NCBI GenBank assembly: GCA_002773855.1
Contig: PEZY01000012.1
Coordinates: forward strand, 161,570-225,569
Direction: 5' to 3'
Length of the DNA stretch: 64,000 bases
Origin: Candidatus Buchananbacteria bacterium CG10_big_fil_rev_8_21_14_0_10_33_19
GTDB taxonomy: Bacteria > Patescibacteriota > Patescibacteriia > 2-01-FULL-39-33
The translations under genes and the position numbers were made by a program. Shown here one piece after another: positions 28,854-38,984 of the stretch. Below the pieces are notes generated by a model. That model was not told the origin of the DNA, made no database searches, and saw only the letters and a program-made list of their open reading frames with translations. Every line of letters begins with the position of its first letter. Within the stretch, counting starts at the first letter, position 1.

Positions 28854-30185
28854 ATGTTAGTTAGATTAAAAAACTTATTCTCTAAGAAATTCATCAAAGA
28901 TGCCATGGTTTTACAGGTTGGTAGTGTTTTTTCTAGTAGTATATTTTTCTTGGGTTCTGTGGCTTTGGCTAGATTTTTAGGAGTTGAACTTTACGGTCAA
29001 TATGCTTTGATATTTACTTTCATTAGTTTAGTTAATTTGTTTACTAATTGGGGTGAGCAGGGTGTGGCTTTAACAATTGCCCCAGAAGCTTATGCCAAGG
29101 GTGATATTAATAAGTTTCAAGAGGTGATTAAGTATTTCTTTTTTATTACCACTATATCAACATTAATTGTTAATGTTGGTGTATTTTTCTTTGCTCCTAG
29201 GTTAACAGAAATACTTTACCATAATCCGCAAATAGGAAATTTTGCTAGAGTTGTTTTGCTGATGAGCATACTTCAGATAATTTATTTATTTTTTACAGTA
29301 ATTTTACAAATTGTGAGAAATGTAAAATATCTCTCTGTTCTCGATGCTATTAATAAATTTTTACATGTTGGTATTTCTGTCTTACTTGTATTTTTGGGCT
29401 ACGGCCTGTGGGGAGTAGTATATGGTAAATTAATTGTGGCTATTATTTTCTTGATATTCTCAGTGGTAGCTTATAAAATTTTATTTAAAAATAATAGTTT
29501 AATGCCATCAATCAAAGAATTATTGTTTGGGATTAACTATAAAATTATTAAGAAATTTTTTAGATTTGGGATAGCTATTTCTTTGGATAAAAATATCGGT
29601 AGTTTATTTGGAATTTTGCCACTAATGTTACTGGGTTATTATGGTTCTATTGAGCAGGTGAGTTACTATAAGGTGGCTTATGGCTATATATCCTTGCCAA
29701 TGATACTCTTAGGTCCAGTTTCTAGATTACTGTCGGTTCAATTACCACAGTCTAAAGCTTATGGTCTTAATGTTTTAAGACGAGACTTTTGGCGGAGCAC
29801 TTTATTCTCTGGTTTTATTAATATGTCTTTGGTTTTAATATTTTTAATTCCGGCTAAATTTTTAGTGGAGACTTTTTATGGTGCAGATTTTATGGGTAGT
29901 GTGCCAGCTATTTATTTTCTATCAATAGTGGTAATACTTAGTGGTTTTAATATTGGACTAGGGTCAATTATGAAGACAATCAGAAAAATGAAATATTCAA
30001 TTGTCATTAATGTTTCTACTATCGTTGTTCAATTATTAACTTTTTGGATTATGATTCAATATTTACATTTTAGTGCTTTGATTTCAGTAATAGCGTCTTT
30101 GGTTTTTTTGACAATTTTTAATATGATATTTATGTTTGGCTTGTTAATTAGAAATGTTGGTTTAAGTAAAAAAAGTGATTTTTAA
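28854..30185 (+). CDS. Polysaccharide/oligosaccharide flippase (Wzx/MOP superfamily)
   Basis: 443 aa with about 12-14 TM segments inside a glycan cluster. Confidence 0.6.
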   Translation: MLVRLKNLFSKKFIKDAMVLQVGSVFSSSIFFLGSVALARFLGVELYGQYALIFTFISLVNLFTNWGEQGVALTIAPEAYAKGDINKFQEVIKYFFFITTISTLIVNVGVFFFAPRLTEILYHNPQIGNFARVVLLMSILQIIYLFFTVILQIVRNVKYLSVLDAINKFLHVGISVLLVFLGYGLWGVVYGKLIVAIIFLIFSVVAYKILFKNNSLMPSIKELLFGINYKIIKKFFRFGIAISLDKNIGSLFGILPLMLLGYYGSIEQVSYYKVAYGYISLPMILLGPVSRLLSVQLPQSKAYGLNVLRRDFWRSTLFSGFINMSLVLIFLIPAKFLVETFYGADFMGSVPAIYFLSIVVILSGFNIGLGSIMKTIRKMKYSIVINVSTIVVQLLTFWIMIQYLHFSALISVIASLVFLTIFNMIFMFGLLIRNVGLSKKSDF

Positions 30186-30194
30186 ATAAATTTT

Positions 30195-31382
30195 ATGTTA
30201 ACAATTTTTGCCAATATGATGATAAATAGTCCTGTAAGATTACAACATCTTAAGGACTCATTTAATTCATTTGAAAATATTTCTGATAATTGGTTGATTA
30301 ATATTAGAGGGAAATATCGAGATGAGGCCTTGGACTTTTTAGCTGATAGATTAAAAGAAAAAATGATTAGATTTGATCTATTAGATGAAAAACGTGGCTG
30401 GTATACTAATTCACTGGAAATACTAAAGTCTGCAAAGTATGATTATGTTTTATTGTGGCTAGAGGATCATATTAATATTGTTTCTCAAGGGGTATATTCT
30501 GAATTAGTAGCTGAAATGAAAAATAATAATGTAGATTATTTGATGTATTCGTGGTGGATGAATGGTGAAAGTAGAAAGCCATTTGAATTGGATAGTTTAA
30601 AGGCGGGAACGTATATTGATACAGTTGAATTAGATAAAAATAATTGGCAAAAAAGATTAAATGATGGTTATCAGGGACATCTAATATCTTTACTTGGTAT
30701 ATTTAATAAAAATTTTTTAATGAAGATTTTAGAATTAGAAAATGGTTATAAGTTTCCACGTTGGGTAACTACTAACATTTTTAGAGTGATGATTATCTTG
30801 TCTCGGCTGGGTGTTAAGTTTAATCACGGAAAGTTGTTTGATTCTATTAATACAGTGTTAGGTGGTAAACTAATTAAAAACCTCAAAGATCGACCATTTG
30901 AATTTGAAAAATCAGCTTACAGATTGGATGTTTTGCCGATTAATATGGGTTTAACTAAAATGGAATTATTTGTCTGCATAGATGATGATTTGACACTTGA
31001 CGGTAGTCAATTAATTAAGCGTGGTTTATATCCAATTGTTGACAGCATAAGTGTTGACTCAGGACTTAAAAAGGAGTACGATTGGGGGATGGAAGAAATA
31101 TTGTCGGATAATCATTTTTATATAATTACGCGTTATAAATTAAGGGAAAACCAGGTTTTCTCGGAAATTTATTATCAAGATATTCAGAGAATAGATGTAG
31201 TTCCAAGGATGACTATTATTAATAATTCTGGTAAATTAAAAGTTACTATTGGTAATAATATTAATGAGTTATTAAGTGGTCAGACTATGACAGTTTATTC
31301 GAATATTAAGTGTGAATTATTGGCAGTGGATGGTGATTGTGAGTTTATTTTGGTAATTCCATCTGGATTAAAAAAAATGTAA
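30195..31382 (+). CDS. Hypothetical protein, possibly GT-A-like (LLWLEDH acidic motif)
   Basis: Soluble 395-aa protein inside the cluster; no firm family assignment. Confidence 0.25.
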   Translation: MLTIFANMMINSPVRLQHLKDSFNSFENISDNWLINIRGKYRDEALDFLADRLKEKMIRFDLLDEKRGWYTNSLEILKSAKYDYVLLWLEDHINIVSQGVYSELVAEMKNNNVDYLMYSWWMNGESRKPFELDSLKAGTYIDTVELDKNNWQKRLNDGYQGHLISLLGIFNKNFLMKILELENGYKFPRWVTTNIFRVMIILSRLGVKFNHGKLFDSINTVLGGKLIKNLKDRPFEFEKSAYRLDVLPINMGLTKMELFVCIDDDLTLDGSQLIKRGLYPIVDSISVDSGLKKEYDWGMEEILSDNHFYIITRYKLRENQVFSEIYYQDIQRIDVVPRMTIINNSGKLKVTIGNNINELLSGQTMTVYSNIKCELLAVDGDCEFILVIPSGLKKM

Positions 31383-31390
31383 TATATATT

Positions 31391-31930
31391 ATGAGTGATG
31401 ATATTATAATTAAAAAAATTCCTAAAAACTTAATTTTGGATGTGGATGGAGTTTTGACTGATGGCACTTACCACTATACTATTGATGGCAAGGTGGCTAA
31501 GATTTTTGGACCCGATGATAATGATGCTCTGTGTTTATTGAAAAAATATTTAACCATTCATATGGTTAGTGGTGATAAAAGAGGTTTTGATATTACCAAA
31601 AAAAGGATTGATGACATGAAATTTCCTATTGATTTGGTAAGTACTTTTGATAGACTAAAATGGATAACTGATCGATTTAATCCAGAAGAAACAATTTATA
31701 TGGGTGATGGAATTTTTGATGCATCTATTTTTAATGGCGTGATGTATGGTATTGCCCCAGCAAATGCTTTTATCACAACCAAACAACATGCCAATTACGT
31801 AACACCATCCAGAGGAGCTGATAGTGCGGTAGCTGAAGCTTGCTTGCATATACTAGAGAAATTTTTTGAACCATTTGACCCACTTAATTTAAATGTGGAT
31901 AGTGTTGGCGTCTGGCAGAATAAAAAATAA
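31391..31930 (+). CDS. HAD-superfamily phosphatase, KdsC (YrbI)-like sugar-phosphate phosphatase
   Basis: LILDVDGVLTDG motif I. 179-aa size and GDGIFDASIF motif IV-like as in KdsC. Confidence 0.7.
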   Translation: MSDDIIIKKIPKNLILDVDGVLTDGTYHYTIDGKVAKIFGPDDNDALCLLKKYLTIHMVSGDKRGFDITKKRIDDMKFPIDLVSTFDRLKWITDRFNPEETIYMGDGIFDASIFNGVMYGIAPANAFITTKQHANYVTPSRGADSAVAEACLHILEKFFEPFDPLNLNVDSVGVWQNKK

Positions 31931-31944
31931 ATAATTATATTTCT

Positions 31945-32769
31945 ATGAAAATTGATAAAGATACAATTGCCTGTATTTCTATGGCATCTCGACCTGGTGA
32001 TTTGGGCGCCACTATTTTTAATGCTAGTTTTGACCACCTATCTTTGAATTATATTTATAAGCCATTTGGGGTGACCTTGAAAAATTTAGATAAGGGCGTT
32101 AATGGTATTAGGGCTTTTGGCATTAGAGGCTGTGGTGTATCTATGCCACATAAAGTGGAAGTGATGAAATATTTAGATGAGATTGATGACGTTGCTAAAA
32201 AAATTGGTGCTATCAATACTATTGTTAATAATGATGGAAAGTTAACTGGCTATAATACTGATTTTTTTGGTGCTAAAAAAATTATATCTGAAACTTATAA
32301 TTTATCCGGTAAAAAAGTTTTAATAATTGGAGCCGGAGGTGTATCTCGAGCGATTATTATGGCCTTAAAAGAAAATGGGGCTGGTGAAATTTTTATTGCC
32401 AATAGAAATGAATCTAAGGCAGAAACTTTGGCTACAGAATTTGAATTGACTACATTGCCTTATGATAAGATTAATGATTTTTCTGCTGACTTGCTAGTAA
32501 ATGCCACTGCAGTTGGCATGTCTCCAGATGTTGATGAGATGATTATTTTAGAAAGTGCTATTGATAATTTTGAGGCTGTTATGGATGTTGTAATATACCC
32601 CAGTGTTACTAAATTAATGGCCTTAGCCCAGAATAAGGGCAAGGTGGTCATTGCTGGTTTTAATATGGCCCTATATCAGGCGGCTGAGCAGTTTAAGATG
32701 TACACTGGAGTTGAAGCTCCACTAGGAGTGATGAAAGAAAATATGATAAATTTATTTAGTCAAAAGTAA
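31945..32769 (+). CDS. Shikimate/quinate dehydrogenase (AroE) family NAD(P) oxidoreductase
   Basis: S-M-P-H-K substrate motif, YNTDFFG (NTD motif), and IGAGGVSRAI Rossmann motif. Confidence 0.7.
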   Translation: MKIDKDTIACISMASRPGDLGATIFNASFDHLSLNYIYKPFGVTLKNLDKGVNGIRAFGIRGCGVSMPHKVEVMKYLDEIDDVAKKIGAINTIVNNDGKLTGYNTDFFGAKKIISETYNLSGKKVLIIGAGGVSRAIIMALKENGAGEIFIANRNESKAETLATEFELTTLPYDKINDFSADLLVNATAVGMSPDVDEMIILESAIDNFEAVMDVVIYPSVTKLMALAQNKGKVVIAGFNMALYQAAEQFKMYTGVEAPLGVMKENMINLFSQK

Positions 32770-32781
32770 GTTAATAAAATT

Positions 32782-34362
32782 ATGAATTACAAAGTATGTA
32801 TTTTGGCTGCAGGAGTTGGGAGTCGAATGGGAGAATTATCAAATCATGTTAATAAGGCAATTTTACCGGTTAAGTTTAAGGCCGTTATTTCATATATAGT
32901 AGAAAAGTTTTCCGAAAATGTTGAGATAATAGTGGCTGTTGGTCATAAAAGTGATACAGTTATTAATTATTTAACTTTGGCTTATCCTAATCGAAAATTT
33001 ACTTATGTCGAGGTTGATAAATATATGGGTCCAGGTACTGGACCAGGTTATTCTTTGTTGCAGTGTAAAGATAGTTTGCAATCACCATTTATTTTCTTTG
33101 CGGCTGATACTATCGTTTTAGAGGATATTCCAATACCAGATCATAATTGGTTTGGCATAGCACCAGTTAAAGAGACTGAGCCTTATTGTACAATTAAGAT
33201 TAAAAATAATTTGGTCTATCAATTAGATGATAAAATTAAAACCGATAATAAGTTTGCTTTTATTGGTTTAGCTGGTGTTAAGGACTTTGAAGATTTTTTT
33301 GATTCCTTAGAAAAAAATAAAGAAATTGCTAGTGGTGAAATTCAAGTTTCCAATGGTTTTAGAGCCCTAGTGTCAAAAGAATTGAAACCGGTCGGCTTTA
33401 CTTGGTTTGATACTGGTACTATGGAAAGTTATCAAAAAGTTAATAAGAATTTTTCTGGCCAAGCCGAGAAGTTTGATTTTTCTAAAGGTGATGAGTTTTT
33501 ATATTTTGTAGAAAATAGAGTGATCAAATTTTTTGCTGATGAGTCAATAGTTAAAAATAGATATTTTAGATCTAAAAACTCGCTAAAGGGTTTGTGTCCT
33601 GATGTTTTAGAGCCATTAGGAAATTTTTATGCTTATGACAAAATTGATGGCCAAGTATTGTACAATGTTATGAATTCTCAGATTGTTAATGATTTTTTGG
33701 AATGGGCTAGGATAAATATTTGGCAAGAAAATAAGCTGAGCGATGAAGATAAAAAGATTTTTAATGATGCTTGTCATAAGTTTTATTATGATAAAACTAT
33801 GAAGCGAATAGAGTTGGCACAAAATAAGTTGGGAATTATAGATGGTCAGAATGTTATTAATGGTTTAGCTGTGCCTAGCTTAAGCGAATTACTATCAAAA
33901 ATAGATTGGGCTAATATAGAAAGTGGTGTGTCATGTAATTTTCATGGTGATTTACAGTTTGATAATATACTAGTAACTCGTGATAAAATCAGTAATTTAA
34001 ATAAATTTGTACTATTAGATTGGCGTCAGGATTTTGGTGGTTTAAATACATCAGGTGATTTATATTATGATTTAGCTAAGCTTTATGGTGGTTTAACTAT
34101 GTCTTATCAGTTAATTAAGGATGGTATGTTTGATTTTGATAGAAGTGGTGAAAGTGTTTATTATAATTTTTATATTAAGAGTGATTTATTAGAGGCTAAA
34201 GAGGAATATGAAAAGTTTTTGATTAAAAATAATTTTGATTTGAAAAAAATTAAAATTATGACAGCTTTAATATTTTTTAATATGTCACCATTACATCATG
34301 ATCCGTTTGATGTGATGTTATATTTTTTGGGTAAAAATATGTTACATAAATTGTTAAAGTAA
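32782..34362 (+). CDS. Bifunctional sugar-1-phosphate nucleotidyltransferase (N-terminal) plus APH/choline-kinase-like sugar kinase (C-terminal)
   Basis: ILAAGVGSRMG nucleotidyltransferase G-x-G-x-R motif. C-terminal HGDLQFDNILV (Brenner motif) and LLDWRQDFG. Confidence 0.7.
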   Translation: MNYKVCILAAGVGSRMGELSNHVNKAILPVKFKAVISYIVEKFSENVEIIVAVGHKSDTVINYLTLAYPNRKFTYVEVDKYMGPGTGPGYSLLQCKDSLQSPFIFFAADTIVLEDIPIPDHNWFGIAPVKETEPYCTIKIKNNLVYQLDDKIKTDNKFAFIGLAGVKDFEDFFDSLEKNKEIASGEIQVSNGFRALVSKELKPVGFTWFDTGTMESYQKVNKNFSGQAEKFDFSKGDEFLYFVENRVIKFFADESIVKNRYFRSKNSLKGLCPDVLEPLGNFYAYDKIDGQVLYNVMNSQIVNDFLEWARINIWQENKLSDEDKKIFNDACHKFYYDKTMKRIELAQNKLGIIDGQNVINGLAVPSLSELLSKIDWANIESGVSCNFHGDLQFDNILVTRDKISNLNKFVLLDWRQDFGGLNTSGDLYYDLAKLYGGLTMSYQLIKDGMFDFDRSGESVYYNFYIKSDLLEAKEEYEKFLIKNNFDLKKIKIMTALIFFNMSPLHHDPFDVMLYFLGKNMLHKLLK

Positions 34363-34375
34363 ATTATTAAATATC

Positions 34376-35386
34376 ATGAATGATAATCAAATAGAATTAG
34401 GGTTTGGGCCAATGAGTTCAGAATCCATTGAAGCAGTATATCGCTATTCAAATTATAATCGGCGACGATTAATGTTGATTGCATCAAAAAATCAAATTGA
34501 TCATAGTGGTGGCTATGTTAATAATTGGACCACAGATCAGTACGCTGCTTATATTTCTAAGATGAAAGAATTATATCCTCAGGCTGAGGTTTTGGTTTGT
34601 CGAGATCATTGTGGACCTGGTTTTAATGGTAATGACGACTTAAGTGATGTCTATAAGACTATTGATGCTGACATTAAAAATAATTTTGATTTAATTCATA
34701 TTGATTTTTGTCACATAAAAGGTGATAAAGATCATCAATTAAGTGAATCAAAAAAAGTCATTGAATATTGTAAAAAATTAAATCCAAAGATAAAATTGGA
34801 AGTGGGTACTGATGAAAATTTGGGTATAAATTATAGCATTAATAATTTAGACGAAATTGAGAAGGAGGTTGATTATTTTACAGAATTTTGTCAGCCAGAT
34901 TTTTTTGTGGTTCAGACTGGAACATTAATTAAAGAGGTTAATCAGGTTGGTAATTTTAATCAAGAGTTTATTACTGATGCGTCTAAGATTTTACAAAATA
35001 GAAATATCAAATTAAAAGAGCACAACGCTGATTATTTGTCTGAAGATGAGATTAATAAAAGAATCGGTATAGTTGGGGCTATGAATATAGCGCCTCAGCT
35101 TGGAGTGGTGCAGACGATGACAGTTTTAAATAAGTGCTTGATTTATGGCATTGATTTTACTGACTATGCTAATGAAGTATATAATGGTAAAAAATGGTCT
35201 AAATGGTTGAATACGAATACACCAGAAAATAAATTTTTGTGTATAGCTATTGCTGGACATTATCATTTTGCCTCGTCAACCTATCAGCGCTTAATTGAAC
35301 AATTAAATAAACAAGAAGATATAGTAGAGACTATAATTAATAATTTAACAGAAATAATAAATCATTATGCAAAAACACGAGAATAA
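34376..35386 (+). CDS. GatZ/KbaZ (tagatose-6-phosphate kinase/epimerase-like, PF08013-type) family protein
   Basis: Recalled alignment to E. coli KbaZ: [31 protein letters not shown] vs [41 protein letters not shown] vs LILGGDHLGPN; LIHIDFC vs IHLDCS; LEVGTDE vs VIGTEVP. Confidence 0.55.
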   Translation: [336 protein letters not shown]

Positions 35387-35762
35387 ATTTTTTAGAGAAG
35401 TTAAAAAGCCATGGGGTAAGGAAATGTGGATGGCTTTAACAGATAGGTATTGCTATAAGCGAATCTATTTAAATGCTGGGACTCGGACTAGTTTTCAGTA
35501 CCACAATTATAAAGTGGAGACTAATTATATTATATCTGGTGAGGCAGAAATTTGGTTAGAAAATGATGATGGAGTAGTGGAAAAATTTCTTATGAAAGAA
35601 AACGATTTCTTTAATGTTACACCACCAAAGAAGCATCGAGTTATTGCCATTACTGATGTGATTTTGCAAGAAGTATCTACTCCTGAAGTTGATGATGTAA
35701 TTAGAATTGAAGATGATTCTAATCGACCGGATGGTAAAATTGAAAGTGAACAGGTTAAATAG
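35367..35762 (+). CDS. Cupin-domain protein (sugar-phosphate isomerase-like)
   Basis: KPWGKEMW ... YHNYKVETNYIISGEA is a cupin_2 pattern. Confidence 0.5.
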   Translation: MQKHENKFFREVKKPWGKEMWMALTDRYCYKRIYLNAGTRTSFQYHNYKVETNYIISGEAEIWLENDDGVVEKFLMKENDFFNVTPPKKHRVIAITDVILQEVSTPEVDDVIRIEDDSNRPDGKIESEQVK

Positions 35763-35823
35763 TTTAAGTTGTTAATTTCTAGTAGTGAATTAATTTAATA
35801 TTTTGTGTATTTAAAGATTATTT

Positions 35824-37038
35824 TTGGTAGTTATTATGAAAGTATTACTTCTTACTCAAATCTATTCCGATAAGCCAATCTCAGGCGGCGTTAGAATAAT
35901 TTGGAATTATTCTCAGGAATTAGCTCGGCAAGGGATTAAAGTATATGTAGTGGCAAATAGCATTGATACTGATAATTTGCCCCAGCATCCCAACTTAAAA
36001 ATATATAAAGTACCGTTTAGTAGCTACGCCCTAGAGCCAGTTAGTCAAGATGTTTTGAAATCATTTTTTTTCTCGATTCCAATTATTTTATGGCATCGTA
36101 TTAAAATAATTCACATGGTGCCAGTACAAACACCTTGTCCTTTTTCTAAATTTAAATTTGGGGCTAAATTTATTGAGAGCGCTGAAAGAACTTGGAATTA
36201 TGAAGATCGTAGAGTTAAACACGATTTAGCTAGAGATAGAAGAAAGAAAGAGGCTCCAACATTTAATTTTTTTGAAAAAGTTTTTTTGAGATTTTCACGT
36301 TTATTTTACTGGCTATTTAAAATTAATCAGGAATACCCACATGGAGCGGATGCCTTTTTTTGTCGCTCGCAATCTATGTTTGATTATATTAGAAATAATC
36401 ATGGCATTAAATCACCACTATACTATGTGCCAATAGGCGTTAATACAAATGAATTTTCTCCGAAGTCTATTAATAAGGCGGATGACAAGTTTATTTTTTT
36501 AACCACCGGTGCTTTATCATATAGAAAAGGTACTCATTATTTGATTGATGCATATAATGAATTTTCCAGCAAATATAAAAACAAGACAGAACTTTGGTTA
36601 ATAGGTAATTCTAACTCAGAAATTTTGAAAGAATTAAAACAAAGAACTAAGACTGGTTCAATTAAATTTATTGATTCAGTGACACCACAACAAATAGCCG
36701 AATATTACACTAAGTGCCAAGTTTATATTTCTTTGGCTTTAATTGCTGAGCCGGGACCACTTCAGCCAAATGTTTTAGAGGCCATGGCTTCTGGCAAACC
36801 ATTGATTATTAGTGAGTATGGTGATACTAGATATTTTGATAAATCTGGAATTGCTTTAACTTGTCGACCATATAATAAAAAGTCAGTTGTGCTAGCCATG
36901 GAAAGGTTATTTTGTGATGAATCTTTGAGAAATAGGCTGTCAGCTAATTCTCTGAAATACGTACAAAACAATTTTGATTGGCAGGTCGTGACAAAAAATT
37001 GTATTAAGTATTATCAAGAGTTATTAACTAAAAAATAG
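35824..37038 (+). CDS. Glycosyltransferase family 4
   Basis: EPGPLQPNVLEAMASGKPLIISEYG. Confidence 0.75.
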   Translation: MVVIMKVLLLTQIYSDKPISGGVRIIWNYSQELARQGIKVYVVANSIDTDNLPQHPNLKIYKVPFSSYALEPVSQDVLKSFFFSIPIILWHRIKIIHMVPVQTPCPFSKFKFGAKFIESAERTWNYEDRRVKHDLARDRRKKEAPTFNFFEKVFLRFSRLFYWLFKINQEYPHGADAFFCRSQSMFDYIRNNHGIKSPLYYVPIGVNTNEFSPKSINKADDKFIFLTTGALSYRKGTHYLIDAYNEFSSKYKNKTELWLIGNSNSEILKELKQRTKTGSIKFIDSVTPQQIAEYYTKCQVYISLALIAEPGPLQPNVLEAMASGKPLIISEYGDTRYFDKSGIALTCRPYNKKSVVLAMERLFCDESLRNRLSANSLKYVQNNFDWQVVTKNCIKYYQELLTKK

Positions 37039-37040
37039 CT

Positions 37041-37688
37041 ATGTATATTTTTCAACCAGATAGGTATTTGCTTAAAAAACAAATTAAAGAATTCGGCCAT
37101 TATATTGGCGGTAAAACTTTGGATGTGGGAGCTGGTGGCTTTAGTCGTTATGAGCAGTTTTTTAAATCGAGTGAATATATAAAAATGGATATTGGTGACG
37201 ATGATAATTTAGATGTGATTGGTAGTGCCGATAATATTCCACTGGCAGATGCTTCATTTGATTCGGTGGTATCTACTCAGGTTTTCGAACATTTAAAAAA
37301 TCCATTTAAAGCAGCTGATGAAATACACCGAGTTTTAAAATCCGGTGGCGTTTGTCTATTAACTGTACCACAGTGGAATGAATTACATGAGGAACCCCAT
37401 GATTATTATCGCTATACTAAATTTGGTATTGGTGAAATTTTTGAAAGTAGAGGTTTTGAAGTTTTAGTAATTGATCAACGCGGTGGATTTTTTGTATCTT
37501 TATTTCAAATAAAGGTTCGGTATCTATTAGATAGATTTAAGTTGCATAGTCGCCCAGTTGTTGGCAGAATTTTTAGTCGGTTATTTAAAATTGGCACTGG
37601 CTTGGCTATGTGGTTGGATAAAAAAGATAAAAGTCCGGCTAATAAAAAGCATGCTATTGGTTGGTTGTTTATATTAAGAAAAAAATAA
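37041..37688 (+). CDS. Class I SAM-dependent methyltransferase (Methyltransf_11-like)
   Basis: TLDVGAGGFSRY motif I. GGVCLLTVPQ. Confidence 0.7.
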   Translation: MYIFQPDRYLLKKQIKEFGHYIGGKTLDVGAGGFSRYEQFFKSSEYIKMDIGDDDNLDVIGSADNIPLADASFDSVVSTQVFEHLKNPFKAADEIHRVLKSGGVCLLTVPQWNELHEEPHDYYRYTKFGIGEIFESRGFEVLVIDQRGGFFVSLFQIKVRYLLDRFKLHSRPVVGRIFSRLFKIGTGLAMWLDKKDKSPANKKHAIGWLFILRKK

Positions 37689-38942
37689 TTGTTTATTATG
37701 AGAATACTTATTCTGTCTGATGATTTTCCACCTATCAGTTTTGGTGGGGCTGGTATTGCAGCTTATCGCTTGACTAATGAATTACAAGCTAGGGGGCATG
37801 AAGTCGAAGTATTTTCTACTGTTCAGTCTAAAGCGTTAGCTGGTCAATCTGATTATGGTGGATTATTGACGCATTTTTATTATTGTAATTACAAACATTG
37901 TTTAAGTGGCTGGGTCAGCTTGTATAACCCACAAATATTAAGGAGTTTGGAATATAAAATTAAAACTTTTCAGCCAGATGTAGTTCATGCTCATAACATT
38001 CATTATTATATTTCTTATGGGGCTTTAAGGCTGGCTAAGAAATATTGTAATCGAGTTTTTTTGACTGCTCATGATACTAATATTTTTTATCCAGATAAAT
38101 TTAATGAATATATAGATAGGAGCAATTTGGCGATACCGACAACTGTTAATTATAAATTAACGCCAATTTTAAAATTAAAAGTTATTAAAAAAACTTTTAA
38201 CCCGTTTAGACTATTAATTATTAAATATTATTTAAAATCAGCTAATAAGATATTTGCGGTTAGTGATAAATTAACTCAGGCCTTAGAGCAAAATAGTATT
38301 ACAAATGTGGAAACTATATATAATGGTGTGCCACTAAATGATAATTTTAATAATATTGATGCTAAAAACAATTTTAGGGATAAATTTAATATTCCACAGG
38401 ATAAGAAAATTATTTTAATGGCAGGCAGGTTTAATACCTTTAAGGGAGCTAGATTAATTTTGCCTTACATATCAGAACTGGCAAAGCATAGACATGATTT
38501 TTTGTTTGTTTTTGCTGGTCAAAAAAATAATTTAACTAAGGAAATTACCAAACAGGCAGAAGAGTTGGGCTTGAGTCAGTACTTGTTGTTTTCTGATTGG
38601 ATTGAATCAGAAATGATGGAGTCAGCATATGAGGCTTGTGATGTAATAGTGACACCCTCAGTGTATTTAGATGTTTTCAATTTAACCAATATTGAGGCTA
38701 TGAAGCATAAAAAGCCAGTGGTGGGCACTTGCTTTGGTGGTACTTCAGAAATTGTGGTCGATGGTGTAACTGGTTATATTGTTAATCCTTATGATATTAA
38801 AAAAACAGCTGAGCGTATTGTGGAACTGTTAAATAATAGAGAGAAGAGAATTAATTTTGGTATGGCTGGCTACAACAGAGTATTGGAGAAATTTTCTTTA
38901 GATTATTTGATAGATAAAACAGTGATCTATTATAAAAAATAA
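37689..38942 (+). CDS. Glycosyltransferase family 4
   Basis: N-terminal ILILSDDFPPISFGGAGI. C-terminal NIEAMKHKKPVVGTCFGGTSEIV. Confidence 0.8.
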   Translation: MFIMRILILSDDFPPISFGGAGIAAYRLTNELQARGHEVEVFSTVQSKALAGQSDYGGLLTHFYYCNYKHCLSGWVSLYNPQILRSLEYKIKTFQPDVVHAHNIHYYISYGALRLAKKYCNRVFLTAHDTNIFYPDKFNEYIDRSNLAIPTTVNYKLTPILKLKVIKKTFNPFRLLIIKYYLKSANKIFAVSDKLTQALEQNSITNVETIYNGVPLNDNFNNIDAKNNFRDKFNIPQDKKIILMAGRFNTFKGARLILPYISELAKHRHDFLFVFAGQKNNLTKEITKQAEELGLSQYLLFSDWIESEMMESAYEACDVIVTPSVYLDVFNLTNIEAMKHKKPVVGTCFGGTSEIVVDGVTGYIVNPYDIKKTAERIVELLNNREKRINFGMAGYNRVLEKFSLDYLIDKTVIYYKK

Positions 38943-38950
38943 TATAAAAA

Positions 38951-38973
38951 CGCCACCATTATTAATGGTGGCG
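38951..38973. terminator. Stem-loop terminator between convergent genes (9-bp perfect stem CGCCACCAT/ATGGTGGCG)
   Basis: A5 run upstream on the + strand supplies the U-tract for the minus-strand transcript. Confidence 0.6.
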
Positions 38974-38984
38974 TGGTGCTTTAA

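Noticed and set aside
31945-32769. Calling this gene housekeeping aroE of the shikimate pathway
   Set aside because: The motifs are genuine AroE-family, but the gene is embedded between sugar-activation genes with no other aro genes in the window. It is kept as an AroE-family dehydrogenase with function open.
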